Positions 38,976 through 51,758 of a stretch of 64,000 nt of DNA are shown piece after piece. This stretch comes from Azolla caroliniana (Eukaryota > Plantae > Polypodiophyta). The stretch covers positions 31,868,001 through 31,932,000 of the forward strand of contig JBHGNT010000001.1 of NCBI GenBank assembly GCA_043228905.1, given 5' to 3'. Position 1 is the stretch's first letter. Every line of letters starts with the position of its first letter. The notes below the pieces were generated by a model, which did not search any database, was not told the DNA's origin, and saw only the letters and a list, made by a program, of their open reading frames with translations. Made by a program: the position numbers and the translations under genes.

Positions 38976-40143
38976 CCAACATGCATACTTTTACAAATTC
39001 TATGTTATTGTGTTGTGACAGACGTGTATAATTGTAACCAATCTTCATTATATTACGCTTATTAGGTGATGTATAAATACAATGTGAAAACTGTGTGCTA
39101 ACACATAATGTTGCAACATTTGTTTATTTTGATTATACACATTAGAGGAGGAACCACTATTGTGTCCCTTGAGGAGGCACATATGTTGCCCATATGGAAG
39201 GGTGACTTTAGGTCATCAATAAACTCTAGCAAACATATGATATGAATATCATTGTTTTCATATCATGTTTATCATTATATGGTATACTCTAGTATATATG
39301 TCAGTCTTGCAACTAGAAAGGCTTGGTATATTATCATGATGTTTGAACGAGTATCGCTTTGAAGTTTTATTGTGAAATAGTATATTCCATGAGATTGTGA
39401 ATACACATAATGTAGTCAAGTAGATTAGGTAATAGTCAATTAAACATGTATGTATGAGAATTTTGTAACCTTTATTTTGCTCAAATTTCGACTCTTGGTT
39501 CCTTGTTTTTATCAAATGAAATTTGGTGCAAACGGTTTTACATGAGTTGGGTTTGACCTAAACACTTGTTGATAAGAAACTTAATTACTCATGCTGAATG
39601 ATGAGATAAGTTTGTTTCGTTTAGACATTATATAACTTGGTTGTAAGCAATTTTTTGTGTGGCACAAGAGATATATTTTCGGCAAGTTTTAGTCAAATAA
39701 GCAAGGTTTCTAACATCTATGGTGTGGATCACTTGCTAACTAGAGTTTGTTTTGATGACATTACGAAGTCATCATCAACAACTTTGTTTAAAAGTAGTGT
39801 TGCGTTTAATATGTAAGTTAGTTTAAGGTAAGAGAAATTATCATAAAAAATCCTTATAGATGGGGCTATAGGGATTACACGCATAACATTTTTTCATGAT
39901 ATTACATCTATAGTTGTTATTGAAAGCCTTACCATCTTCTTCTCTTAAACTTGAACCTTCACAAAAAAGGGAAACGACAAAGATGAAGCACAGAAGCTAT
40001 TTACAAATGAGGATCTTCTTTTAAATACGGCAACATAATCATATTATCAAGGGACATCATTAGGGTATCATTTAACATAATTAAAGTACTATTATGTAAT
40101 CTTATTGAATTACCATATGACAACAATCTCAATCATGTGCCTT

Positions 40144-40660
40144 GTTGAGCATAATTGTCTTCCAAATAAAGAATATACTCCATTAGTTAAAATATACACA
40201 AACTCGATCCCTTTCTCGGGTAGGCCTTGCCTAAACTATCCTATCCTACATAAGAAATCTCACTTATTTATCTTACACTTTCACATGTGTCTCTATCCAT
40301 CTTTTCATACACATCACCTACATTCACTATCCCACATGACATCTCTTTCACGCCCCTCGTTCAACTAATGGGAGGGGGGAACAACCATCTAGGTACTACA
40401 TACTTCCGTTGTATATCCATTCCATTTGTTGTGGCCATCGGTGTAGTACACCACCTCTTTCTAAAATTCAGGCTCATTAATTATGCAGCATCATCGGTAC
40501 CATCAATCCGCTCATATTCTGTAGGTACCCTATTGTCAGTGATCAGTTGTACAATGCCATTCTCCCCTCTGTACTTAACATTGCATGTGCTATTGTAGTT
40601 CGCCACATCATCCTCAAGACAGTTCCAGCAAGCATGTCCCCAGTTGAGCATAATTGTCTT
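40144..40660 (-). mobile_element. 5'-truncated LINE copy, subfamily D
   Basis: Perfect 18-bp TSD gttgagcataattgtctt (40144-40161, 40643-40660); translation EYERIDGTDDAA*LMSLNFRKRW...KYVVPRWLFPPPIS*; ends aactaatggagtatattctttatttgg with almost no A-tail. Confidence 0.88.
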
Positions 40661-42012
40661 GATAGTGTGCAAAATGCTAATAGTATAAAGGATATTACAC
40701 CAAACACAAGGGGCATTTACGTTATTATGAAAAAAGCCATCAATGTATCTACTACAAGTTTGAGCATCGATAAATTTCCTTTTATGAAAAATATTAGTGG
40801 TATACTTTACTGTTAAGTTAGCAATGAGTATACACATGGATCATTTTTAATTTTATGAATTTTAAAGGTAAGCTTTGACTCTTATTAAGAAGATATAAAA
40901 TATTCCCATTAATCCCAAATAGCATTAGTGTAATTCCTTTTAATAAGATTCTCCTTTCGTAGTGAAAATATGTTGGAAATTAAAAACTTCCATCAAGAAT
41001 CAAAACTCAAGTATGATGTATATGTTCTTGTTCTTGTCATGCTTAAAGGTATTGTAGTCGTCATTTATGATTGATGTCGTGTCCCATGATTTAACTCTAG
41101 GTTGGAAGTCCATCATTGAAAGGGAGATGTTTAGTGTCTTGCTATCTCGAGGATATAACTGCCAGTTGGAAGGCCATCATAAGAAAATTTAGTGGTTTAC
41201 TATCTTCATGATGTTATTGCAAGTTGCGAGGCTATCATTGAACAGGTAGTGCCAAAAAGTTCACAATTACGATGGTTGTCTATAGTCAATCAATTGTTTG
41301 TTGTGCCTTCACACAAATACTTATGGGTGCATTTATAGACAAGCTTGCTACTTCTCTTGTTATTTTGTCGAAATATTTAACTAAATAATTTTCTACCTCA
41401 TCCTTATTCTTGTGTTAACATTACAGCTTGTTTGCATACAAGTTACTTATGGGAGGCTAAAAAGATAACTAAGTGTGTTGGAGTGCATAGACATGAACCC
41501 TTACTAATTAGATTCTTATTGCTCAATATTTAAAATGTTTATCTCGTGCCAAATCTACACATGCAAATGATGAAAGACATGTATCAATTAAAGTTAGGTT
41601 TCGTTTGTACCAATTATATATAGATTTCAATTACCATGAAATTTGTGAGGAAGGGAACACAAGGAAACCTTGAGGAAATCTCAAGAATGCAAATCGAATC
41701 ACGACATATGTCACTTCCTGATGGAAATCTTGGCTCACTTCTTGTCATCTGAAGAACAACAAGACCAAAAGTTGAGAAGGCAATGAGATTTCAGAACAGT
41801 TTTTGCCAAGTGGAAATTACAAGTTGTGCCCATCCAATAAAAAAAGGCAATGAGCATTTTCCAGCGAGGATTCGTAAGTGCATGTGACCAATCATTATGG
41901 ACAACAATTTCTAATGGAAGAAAATTGGTTGGAAAGCAACTTCAACAATCAAGAACTTCATGTCACATCCTGTGACCAGGGCTTAAAAATGGTATTCATG
42001 ATTCCTTCATCG

Positions 42013-42392
42013 TGATAGGTTTATGCATTTCGACTTTATGGATGGGGACGATTTTTAACCAGTCGATGAGTTTTGCCTAACAGATTTGAGTCGTTTGCGC
42101 GAAAAAGAAGCATATTGAGTTATTGCACACATCTTGTCTAGGCACAAGCCCGACTTGTAGGCTAAGGATTTATTCCAACCAAACACATGGAGTTTTGAGG
42201 ATATGATAGGTTTATGCAATTCGACTTTACGGATGGGGACGATTTTTAACCAATCCATGAGTTTTGCCTAACGGTTTGAGTCGTCTGCGCGAAAAAGAAG
42301 CATATTGGGTTATTGCACGCATTTTGTCTAGGCACAAGCCCAACGTGTAGGCTAAGGATTTATTCCGACTAAACACATGTAGTTTCGAGGAT
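42013..42392. repeat. Diverged tandem duplication, period 191 bp (possibly part of a TE/LTR remnant)
   Basis: tgataggtttatgca(t/a)ttcgactt...aaacacatg(g/t)agttt(t/c)gaggat at 42013 and 42204. Confidence 0.9.
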
Positions 42393-43709
42393 TGAAAACG
42401 TGAATGCATGTTACACAATAGATTATATGAGGATCGAAAACATGAATGCATGTTACACAATACATAGTAGATAATGTCCATACAAACAAAGATTAAATAA
42501 TCACCTAAGTGACATGATTGCCAAATAATCACCAAAGTGGCATGTCGGAAGGAAGAGATGGACATACAAATGTATGTGCGTATGTACGTATTTGGCTCAA
42601 TTGATTGGTTATGTGCCGTGTTACAGTGGGTGAAATCCTGCATGATCGATCTCCCGATGCATTTTCCTTGCAGAGGTATTGCAACGGAGCAAAGCAAAGG
42701 TAGCAATGGCTTTTAGCTGCTGGTTCCTGCTAATCTCACAATAAATTACAATGCATTCATTGTTCTGTTGGAACAAGATGGTCCACATTTCTGTGTTATA
42801 TACATATGTATATAAAGAAAGAGGAAGGTGAGATATTTTGGCATGATCACTAGATTAGACGTCGGTGGGTGATGGGTGGGTCACGGGTGTGCCTGTGTGC
42901 GTGCGGGTGAGAGAGACAACCACCAAATTTAAGGAGAATACAAATGCCCCAAATGTATTGAAGTTCAAAAACCATGAATAAATCAGAAGAATCCTTTTGA
43001 TACAATACAGCATCCTCCATAGAAGGCTGCTTTTTGTTTGTGTTGGAATGAATTAATGAAGAAGGAGATCTTTGAACATTATAGCAGCAATTGGGGTTTT
43101 TAATGAATAGGGAAGATGAAGAGGAGGAAGTTAACACCATATCTCTCTGCTTTTGGTTGCAGATCAAACTATGGTATTTAAAATTAAATACATTTGATTT
43201 CATGGGGGAGGAGCAAATGCAGGGGGTTTTTACCTATATCATCCATCAATTGGGCTGTTGAAAGTTTGAATGCATTTACATACCTAAAAAGAAAAGAAAA
43301 AAAAGCTATAGATGGATGAATGGCCGAAGAGACTAAATGACAATGGCAGCTTTTTGTTTCTTTTTTTTGTCTCGTCATTATTCATGCCAAAGCAAATAAC
43401 ATGCAGAAGCCAAAAGAAAGAGCTAAAACTTTAATGGTAGGAGGGAGAGGATGAGGAAGAAGCTGTAAAAGAATTACAGGTAGGGAATTCAAATTGAACA
43501 GCTAGCTACTGTAATTATGCTACAGCTTTCCTATTGCAAATTGTAATTTGGTGGTGGAAATAATGAGAGGAGGGGTGTGTGAATGGTAGGTAATGTAATT
43601 TGATAGACAGACAGACAGATGATACTTGGGGGAAATATGGGAGGATGAATTGTGATAATTCATCGGTTAATAGCCATATATATAAATCTTGGGGGGCGGG
43701 AACTAAATT

Positions 43710-45410
43710 TTATAGTGTACGGTGGGTCGGTACGACGACCGGAAACTTGTCGATACATGGGCTCCAAGGATTGGATGCCTCAGATGGTGCGATGGATCGA
43801 AGAGCTTTCCATACCGCACTGTTACACTTGAACCCGGACCCGAACGCGATTTGCCAAACACGGTCCCCTTGCCCGATCCTACCTTTCGCCTCACTGTACG
43901 CGAGCTCATACCACAGGGAGCTACTCGAAGTGTTGCCGAACCGATAGAGCGTCATCCGGGATGGCTCCATATGCCAATCGCTCAGCTGCAAGTTCTTCTC
44001 CACCTCATCCAGGACGCCTCGGCCGCCCGCGTGTATGCAGAAGTGCTCGAAGGCTCTCTTGAAATCGGGTATGTAGGGCTTGATCGACTTCGACTTCGAC
44101 AGCTTTCTGGCCATGAGGCTGGCGAAGAAGAGGAATTGCTCGGTGATAGGTAGGACTAATGGACCTAGAGTGGTGATATTGGTCTTCAGGGCGTCTCCGG
44201 CAACGGCCATTAGGTCTTTGGAGAGGGCGACGCCGATGCGGTCGCCGGTCGGGTCTTCTTCCTGGTACACGCACTTGAACGGCTTGCCATCAGCGCCTTT
44301 GTGGGTCCGGACCGAGTGCACAAGCTCGTACTTGCTCCTCCGCCGGTCGGCCTTCTTGTTGGAGAGCAGGATGGCGGCCCCGCCCATGCGGAAGATGCAG
44401 TTGGAGAGGAGCATCGACTTCTCGTTCCCCCAGTACCAGTTCAAGGTGATGTTCTCGGTGCTGACCACGAGCGCGAGGCTGTTCTTGTGGGCTTGGAGGA
44501 GGCGGCGGGCGAGGTCGATGGAGATGACACCCGCGCTGCACCCCATGCCGGCCAAATTGAAGCTCTTCAGGTTGCCCCTCATCTTGTAGCGGTTGGCGAT
44601 CATGGAGGTGAGGGACGGGGACGGGTTGAAGAGGCTGGAGTTCACGATCAAGATGTCGATGTCGCGGGGGGAGGAGATGCCGGACGATGCGAAGAGCTTG
44701 TCCATGGCATCGAAGATGATGGATGCGGCCTCCGCCCGGGCCTCCTCCATGCACGGGTTGGGGGGGCTCCGGAACACCATGGGCGGCAGATATGTCTCGT
44801 CGCCGAGGCCTGATCGCTCGCATATACGCCTCTGGAACTCCAGGCTCTGCTCCGAGAAGGCCATGGTCCCCTTGGAGTAGCCCAGGAAGGCCGAATTGCT
44901 GCACTTCAGCTTCTCCTCCGGCACGGCGCAGGAGAAGTCGAGAAGGTACACCGGGGCCGGCCTCGATATGAAGTAGATCGTCGCAGAGATTACCAAGAAG
45001 GCCGAGAATGCCATGACGCTCACCAGGTTGAACTGCAGGAGCTGCCATATCTGCGTGAAGTTCAGGTGATGAAGAAGGCGGAGAGCTTCGGAGGCGACGA
45101 AGAGCAGCAATGGCGGGACCAGGAGGTATATGCACGCCTGCCTGTAGTTTCGGTACCCTAGTTTCACGTACTTCACGTTCACGGATTGCAGAAGGTCCGG
45201 CAGGAGCAGCGCCTTCCTGATGGAGGTCGCTCGCTTGGGAGACGCCTCAGAAACGGACGAAACCCTGCTGCTCTCTTGTTCGCTCCGATCGCTGGAAGGC
45301 AGCCGTTTCGGTTCGTCAGAAACCGCCGATTGCGAGAAATCAGCTCCACTAAGGATTCTTGATTCGGTCTGGAGTGAGATGTCTGCCAGGTTTCGAGTAC
45401 CAAACTCCAT
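43710..45410 (-). CDS. KCS: 3-ketoacyl-CoA synthase (FAE1/KCS family, very-long-chain fatty acid elongase), single-exon CDS, 566 aa
   Basis: [17 protein letters not shown], two N-terminal TM segments, [12 protein letters not shown], catalytic [49 protein letters not shown]. Confidence 0.97.
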   Translation of the reverse strand: MEFGTRNLADISLQTESRILSGADFSQSAVSDEPKRLPSSDRSEQESSRVSSVSEASPKRATSIRKALLLPDLLQSVNVKYVKLGYRNYRQACIYLLVPPLLLFVASEALRLLHHLNFTQIWQLLQFNLVSVMAFSAFLVISATIYFISRPAPVYLLDFSCAVPEEKLKCSNSAFLGYSKGTMAFSEQSLEFQRRICERSGLGDETYLPPMVFRSPPNPCMEEARAEAASIIFDAMDKLFASSGISSPRDIDILIVNSSLFNPSPSLTSMIANRYKMRGNLKSFNLAGMGCSAGVISIDLARRLLQAHKNSLALVVSTENITLNWYWGNEKSMLLSNCIFRMGGAAILLSNKKADRRRSKYELVHSVRTHKGADGKPFKCVYQEEDPTGDRIGVALSKDLMAVAGDALKTNITTLGPLVLPITEQFLFFASLMARKLSKSKSIKPYIPDFKRAFEHFCIHAGGRGVLDEVEKNLQLSDWHMEPSRMTLYRFGNTSSSSLWYELAYSEAKGRIGQGDRVWQIAFGSGFKCNSAVWKALRSIAPSEASNPWSPCIDKFPVVVPTHRTL

Positions 45411-46111
45411 CGCTGCTGCTGCTGATCGGTAACAACGATGAGACTACAGATTAAAGCTTCCAGCTCAGACTACAGATGAAAGCTTCTCGAGAAGAATTGA
45501 GCGTACTACACGCTTCTTACACGCTATGTATAAACATATTGGAAACCATACTTCATTGATCGATTGATCTCATTTCTTGGTTTCCATGGAAGCTCCGTGC
45601 TGTAGACAGAAAACAAGACGGAATCAGTGGCTGGAAGGCTGAAAATGACGATGATCTGATCAGAGTGAGGAGCGTATGTTTTCAATCGAATTTGAGATGG
45701 ATTAGAATGATGAAGAAGAGAAACCATCGACAGACTGGTGGTCCGTGGATGGATTGGAAAAAGGGAGAGTTTTGGCTATTGCATAAAAAGGAAGGAGGAG
45801 AAGGTTTCAGCGGGATTAGGACACACACAGGGATTATTAAAAGAAGACGATGGTAAGGAAGAAATTGTGAAGGAGAAGGAGAAGAAGTAAAAGAAGAGGA
45901 AATGTGTTTAAAGAAGCAGGAGAAACGAATTAACAAGAAGAAGCTGAAGGAAGCACAGTATACCGAATCCTAATTAGACGCAGGAAGATCAAAGAAGAGC
46001 ACGGGAAGCTAGCAAGAAACCCTTGGCAATGGAAACACACAGACACAGACACAGAGAGAGAAGAAGAAGATATTTATTTCTGTGCGGGTGTGAATAAAAT
46101 CAGCTATATAG
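45411..46111 (-). promoter_or_regulatory. Predicted KCS core promoter and 5' UTR with an intron (45600-45963) and short uORFs
   Basis: TATA-like ctatatag at 46104-46111; donor cg|gtatac at 45963; pyrimidine-rich acceptor gtcttgttttctgtctacag| at 45600; uATGs at 45587, 45573 and 45556. Confidence 0.45.
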
Positions 46112-46339
46112 GCTCTGATTTTATGGAGAGAGACAGAGAGAGAGTGTATGTGGAAGGAAGCTTCCAAAATCTACAGGTGAATGATTAATGGATATTTTTG
46201 CAGCATTGTGATAATGGCTATGGCTATCTAACTACTGCTTCCATATTATAATATAACGCACAACTTTGTGTCTCTGTCTCCGTCACTGCCTCTGCGTGCA
46301 TATAAATAAATAAATCACCCACCATACACCCACCACATT

Positions 46340-47640
46340 AGTGTTATATATACACACACATACTGTTAATCTCTCTCTCTCTCTCTCTCTCTCTCACAAA
46401 GACATCTCTTCTCAACCGTCTCTCTTTAATTCAGAAACCTCTTCTTCCTTCTTTCTTGCTTTGATTTTCTTTTTTTTGCTCCTTCTCTTCTTCTTCTTCT
46501 TCTTCTTTTTCACTTGTAATTCTTCTCCGTCTACCCCTCACCTATAACACGTCCTTTTCTGCTACGCATCATCTTCTTCGTCTCCTCCTCCTTCTGTTAT
46601 TGTTGTTACTTCTTCCTTCCTTCCTTCCTTCCTTTCTTTCTTTCTTTCTCTGGTATTTGTTTCCTTCCACGCTTGCTGTTCTTTGTTTGAGAAAAGAAGC
46701 AAAGAAATAAAAAGAGGGAAGAAGAAGATGACGACGACGAATGTAGAATAGTCTCTCTCTCTCTCTCTGTCTCTGTCTCTCTCTGTCTCTGTCTCTGTTT
46801 CTCTGTCTGTCTCTCTCTCTCTCTACTCCTTCTTAATGAATCCCACCTGTTCTATGCTGTCTCTCTTTAATGCAAATCGAAACAATGCGCACATACACAT
46901 TACACATCACACATTACACATTACACATCACACATTACATGCATTCATACTATGATATGATATGATATGATGTACTGTATATCTATCTATCTATCCCATA
47001 TCTATATTTAGGATGCATTCATCCCTTCGCTCTCTCTCACTCTACCCTGCTCTGTTCTGTTCTGTTCTGTTCTTTTCTTTAATGCGCGATTTTCTCTCTC
47101 TCTCTCTCTAGTATCTACCTATTTTTACTTTCTTTGTGCTTTCTTCACATGCCAACATAACAATACATAAACACATACATACATATATACATATGTATAT
47201 ATATTACACATGCATGCATAGAGAGAGAGAGAGAGAGAAGGTGTTCATGAATCATAACTTCTGTACAAATTTGTCAATAAACAGAGAGTTCTCCGAGCTT
47301 TAACTGTTTCAAATATATATAGATAAAAAAAATGTACATATATAGATTGACGTTTCTCGTTACACACATTGAATGAATTGGCATACAAATAACTAACCAA
47401 CCTCCCTCACTCTCGACTCTCTCCCTCGCCAAACCCACCCCATAAGAAAGCCCCCCCCCCCCCATGGGGGCGACACATGAGCCATTCTATCGTCCTGAGA
47501 CATTCTACCTTTTCATCCATTCCCATTCCCGTTCCTTCAAACATTCGACTAAACGATGTTTTGTTTTTGTTTGGCACTTACGCATACACAAGCTTGCATA
47601 CATATACATACACGCGCACACACATACATACATAGGGAAG
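46340..47640. repeat. Dense mosaic of microsatellites upstream of KCS
   Basis: (CT)n, (TTC)n, (TTCC)n(TTTC)n, (CTGTCT)n, (CACATTA)n, (ATATG)n, (ATCT)n, (CTGTT)n, (GA)n, a C homopolymer and (CA/TA)n tracts. Confidence 0.9.
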
Positions 47641-47685
47641 TTCGTCATTACTAGCTCGTGAGTTTTGAACTACTTCCCCGGTTTC

Positions 47686-48021
47686 ACATCTCATCATAGA
47701 ACCCTTTGCTTGTCAAGTTACCTAACTTGGGCCCCTTTCCAAATTAGAGAAATTCCTACTCACCTTACCCACCCACCTAACCACCTACCCACCTATTCTA
47801 GCATTGTGTCTCTATGAGAGGCCGGCTCGCAAAAGGTTAAGATCCAACTTTCTCTGGGAAAGTTACATCTCCCCCTTACGCATGTCAAGTGGCTCATCCC
47901 TAGCTGATCCACCGGTCCGGGCTGGGCTCAAACCTTATTTTGTGCTCCATTAAGTGTTTGTTCACTTGTTGACATGTAAGTTTGGTGTGCGCCCCTTCAC
48001 GGTTCGCTAACTATGAGATGT
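47686..48021. mobile_element. Possible MITE-like remnant
   Basis: Imperfect terminal inverted repeats acatctcat...gaacc and ggttc...atgagatgt; no clear TSD. Confidence 0.25.
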
Positions 48022-51000
48022 AAGAGACCATATAAGACCTAGTTTGCAAAGATAGTTGTAAATCCTACATCTAGGTAAACATAAATAAAATATAGTTGTT
48101 TGCTATACTAGAAATATGAATAAATCCTTAAACACTGCCACATATATGGCATTTGTTTTTCTAAGCATGCAACCACACACACATATCTTCATATCTTATG
48201 AGAATGAGGGGAATTTTTGTTTTATACATGATGTTTGTTGTGTTTACTTATCTTTGTTATTTTCGAATATGTGGTCTATCCTTGTGTGATGGGTTCAAGC
48301 ACTGTCTCGTGGTCATTGCCCTAGCAAAGTATACCGTGTCTTTTTGCAAATAAGGTGTGACGTGAAGAGTTCTCGAAGGGTTGGCAAAAGCTAGTATTGT
48401 TAAGGACCAAGCATGCTTTAATTTTGTTGTTTGTGATGCAATCTTATGCGGAAGAATTTGTGTGGCTGGTGTTTGTAGTTGTGATGCACTTAGGATTGAA
48501 TTGGAACATTCGGTATGGATTCACACTGATAGACAAAGCAACTCGAAAATGGATACCATGGTAGTGATCTTTTGAATTTGAGCTCAAAAGAGTCTCCTAC
48601 ACCAAAACATGTGTTGCAACACTTTGTATGGCATCAAATGTGTGAATATAACAAAACCATATTGTGTTTTTCTTGCAAACGTCAACAATGTGAGGGTTTT
48701 GTATCTAATGAGAGTGTGATTGACTAATGCACAGAACCCAAGGTTGCATATTCTATTTTTTGGACCTCTGTATGGCATCTTGCACACCATCAACTTTGCA
48801 TTCAATTGTCACGCTATCAAACTAAATCAACCTTGGTCCTAAGCCAAGGCATTGCGAACAAAGTCCATGATTTCTTTAATTTTGGTCACACAATCATAGA
48901 AATTAGGTAAGTTGGTTGGTGGCTATGAAAAAGCTAACATTAATTGTGTTTGGAATAAGTTTTGATGTAGTAAGTAGTGCTTGATGAATAAGATATTATA
49001 TGCTAAAGTTGAATGTCAATGTGTTGCCTTTACAAGTCATACAAGAGAGTCTACGGATGAAATAATGACATAGAGATTCACAATAGCAAGTTTTTCAAAT
49101 CTAAATTACCATACATGATAATGTAATGGTATATCTTGTGTTTTTAAGACTTGAGGTTCTCCATTCTCAAGTAATCTGTTTGATTGTTCCATTCCATAGA
49201 GCACTAGATCATGCAAGCTAACAATTTGCCCCCGAAAGCATGCCTTTCTACAGGACGAAGTTGTAGTACCCTCAGAAAAGATAGAGTTTACAAAGTCAAT
49301 GTTTACACCTTTCACTTTACACAACCCAAGATCCAAGGTTCAAATAAGGCATTCCCTCACAAGGATGATCTTAAGAAAAGCCTACTTGGACAACACCTTA
49401 ATGTTGCTTGTTTAGATGATTTTGTATACATTGCCATTAAGTAATTGCATAAATTATTTTCTTTGAGAAGTACACTTTTTCTTTACTTAAGTTAGATAGT
49501 GGTGTAAATCAAATTGTAGCTCTAGGGCCTCTCATGTATAACTTTTTATGCATATGCCACAAGTTGAAGAATTACATTATGGTTTATATCAAGTGAAAAT
49601 ACTATGGGCAATATATCTTTTGAATTGATGTGACATAGATTCATCACAAAGTCATACATCATATTACTTAGAACACATGATACAAGATAGAAGCAATTAT
49701 TATAACCTTCGAGTATTAGGTTGCCAAAGAAATAGTATACATCCATGCATCAATGGACATCTATGATAAGAATCTAAGATGCAACAAATAAGCCCAAAAC
49801 ATTAAGGGTATGTTTAGGTATGCAAATCCTATCTAAACTAGAGCACCAAATAGCATATCTTCCATGGCAAAGTAGTAAACCCCTTCTATAAATATATTGT
49901 AACTTGAATTTCTCGTGACTTTAGTAGTCAACTAGCTCTGAATGCCCCACACAACTTATTCGGCAATTAATGTGGTTACATGGATCCCTGAAAATGCTTG
50001 ACCGATAAACAAAAAGTTGGCCAATTGACATAGACTCACATGTCCAACATTAGGCACGATGTAAGGATTTTCGATGTTTGTAAAACATAACTCCATGTTT
50101 GGAGGAACGTGTATATGTGATTTATAGATGAGCACGTAGTTTGAACTTTTAACTTCATTTTTCACAAAACTTAACGCACCAAACTTTAATTGCCTTTCTA
50201 TAACATTAGTGAAAATAAAAATTCTGAAAGACAACTCAAATTATTAGCCCATGAGATGCATGGGGTCACATGTGTCATGAACCTCTTATTTGACACAATA
50301 TGGACACAATGGATCTTCCTAGATGGTAAATTGGAATGCGCCCATGCATAACTATTCCACCTCATTCTCCTATAAGATAATGTGTGATGAATTGCCAATC
50401 CTCATAACATTAGAGTCTCTTTAGATTACAAGTGTGTGTCTGGTCGTAATTATTTTTGGGTGCCATACTCTCTACAATCACATGCTAGTCTTTCTCTTTT
50501 TCCATAAAAAAAATCCTCCATTGGTATTAAAATTAAAGGAAACAATATACATATATTGTCTTGCATCTGTTCAAAACTAATACAACACCTCCTCAGCTAG
50601 CCTCTTTTGAGTGCATTCCATGAGATGATATTTGAAACCATAATTGCTAGTCTTTCCCTTTCACAACATATCACATATGCATCATTATCATTATAACAAC
50701 CCTTTAGTCATAACTATGATGCATAGGAACTACATTAAATGAGAGGTAGAGGTCAAGACAATAACCTCGATTAATCTCTAGCCTATGCTTGTTTGAGGAC
50801 TGGCCCGTGGGAATAGGTAAGAGTAACAAGCATATGGCATTATTTGTTTCCATGCCTTAATGCTAAGTCTAAGTGATGCTCTTACACCATCCATATCTAG
50901 TGGGTCTTCGTGCTCTTAAGGGTGAGTTCCTCTTTGTGTCCAATTGCTTGTGCTACTACCCACCCACAACACACACCTCAAACATTTTTATCTTCCATCA

Positions 51001-51758
51001 TTTGGGTTTTGAGAGTTTAAGAATTGAATAGCCCACAATAAAGTTTGAATTTTATTCCACCGTTAAAGTGCAAGAAAGTATTGCAATTGAACGATATTGT
51101 TTATGTCCAATAATGACTAACACTTTGAATTTTGAAAAGGAGGTTATAACTTGTAACTCTTCCAAGAGCTTGGACATTATTTGACTATTGTGTGCATATT
51201 GAAAGAAAAATGACACCAAATCCTCACAAATAAGTGTGTAAAACATAATTCGTAAGGCTAATAAGATGATAAGAGGATTGTTAACCTCAAAAGCTATGAT
51301 CATGAAATACTTGAGATCACCAATGTTAGTTATAAATACATTTCATCAATGCGAACTTCATGATAACGAAAACATAAATCTATCTTACTGAAATAATTGG
51401 CATCAAGAAGATGATAAGGTTAGAGTAAAAAGGATATGGTAGTGCATGTTCCTCAAGGGTTACAAAAACTAATGACAAGGTCTTGATTGTGTCAAAGTCA
51501 AATGCAATCTCTCTCCATATTGCACAAATGATAACTACTCTAGGAGTTCACTTGTTATCCTCATGGATAATCTTGTCCCTTTCATGAGCAACATCATAAT
51601 CTTCATTGTGTGACTACAAATATTAACTAGTTATCACATTGATTTTTGGGTCAAGCCAAAACATTACCAAATAGTATAGTCAATGCATCTAATAAAGTGA
51701 TAAGCATCATTTCGAATGTTAGTTACTCTTGTTATTAAATATTAGAGAGCATCACATG

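Noticed and set aside
41961-42624. Possible solo LTR (TGTCACA...TGTTACA) containing the 191-bp duplication
   Set aside because: No matching 4-6 bp TSD and no recognisable primer-binding site or polypurine tract.
43600-45432. Many long overlapping ORFs on both strands over KCS (e.g. 44290-45135, 44080-44589, 44301-44813)
   Set aside because: Expected shadow ORFs of a high-GC3 coding sequence; no recognisable domains.
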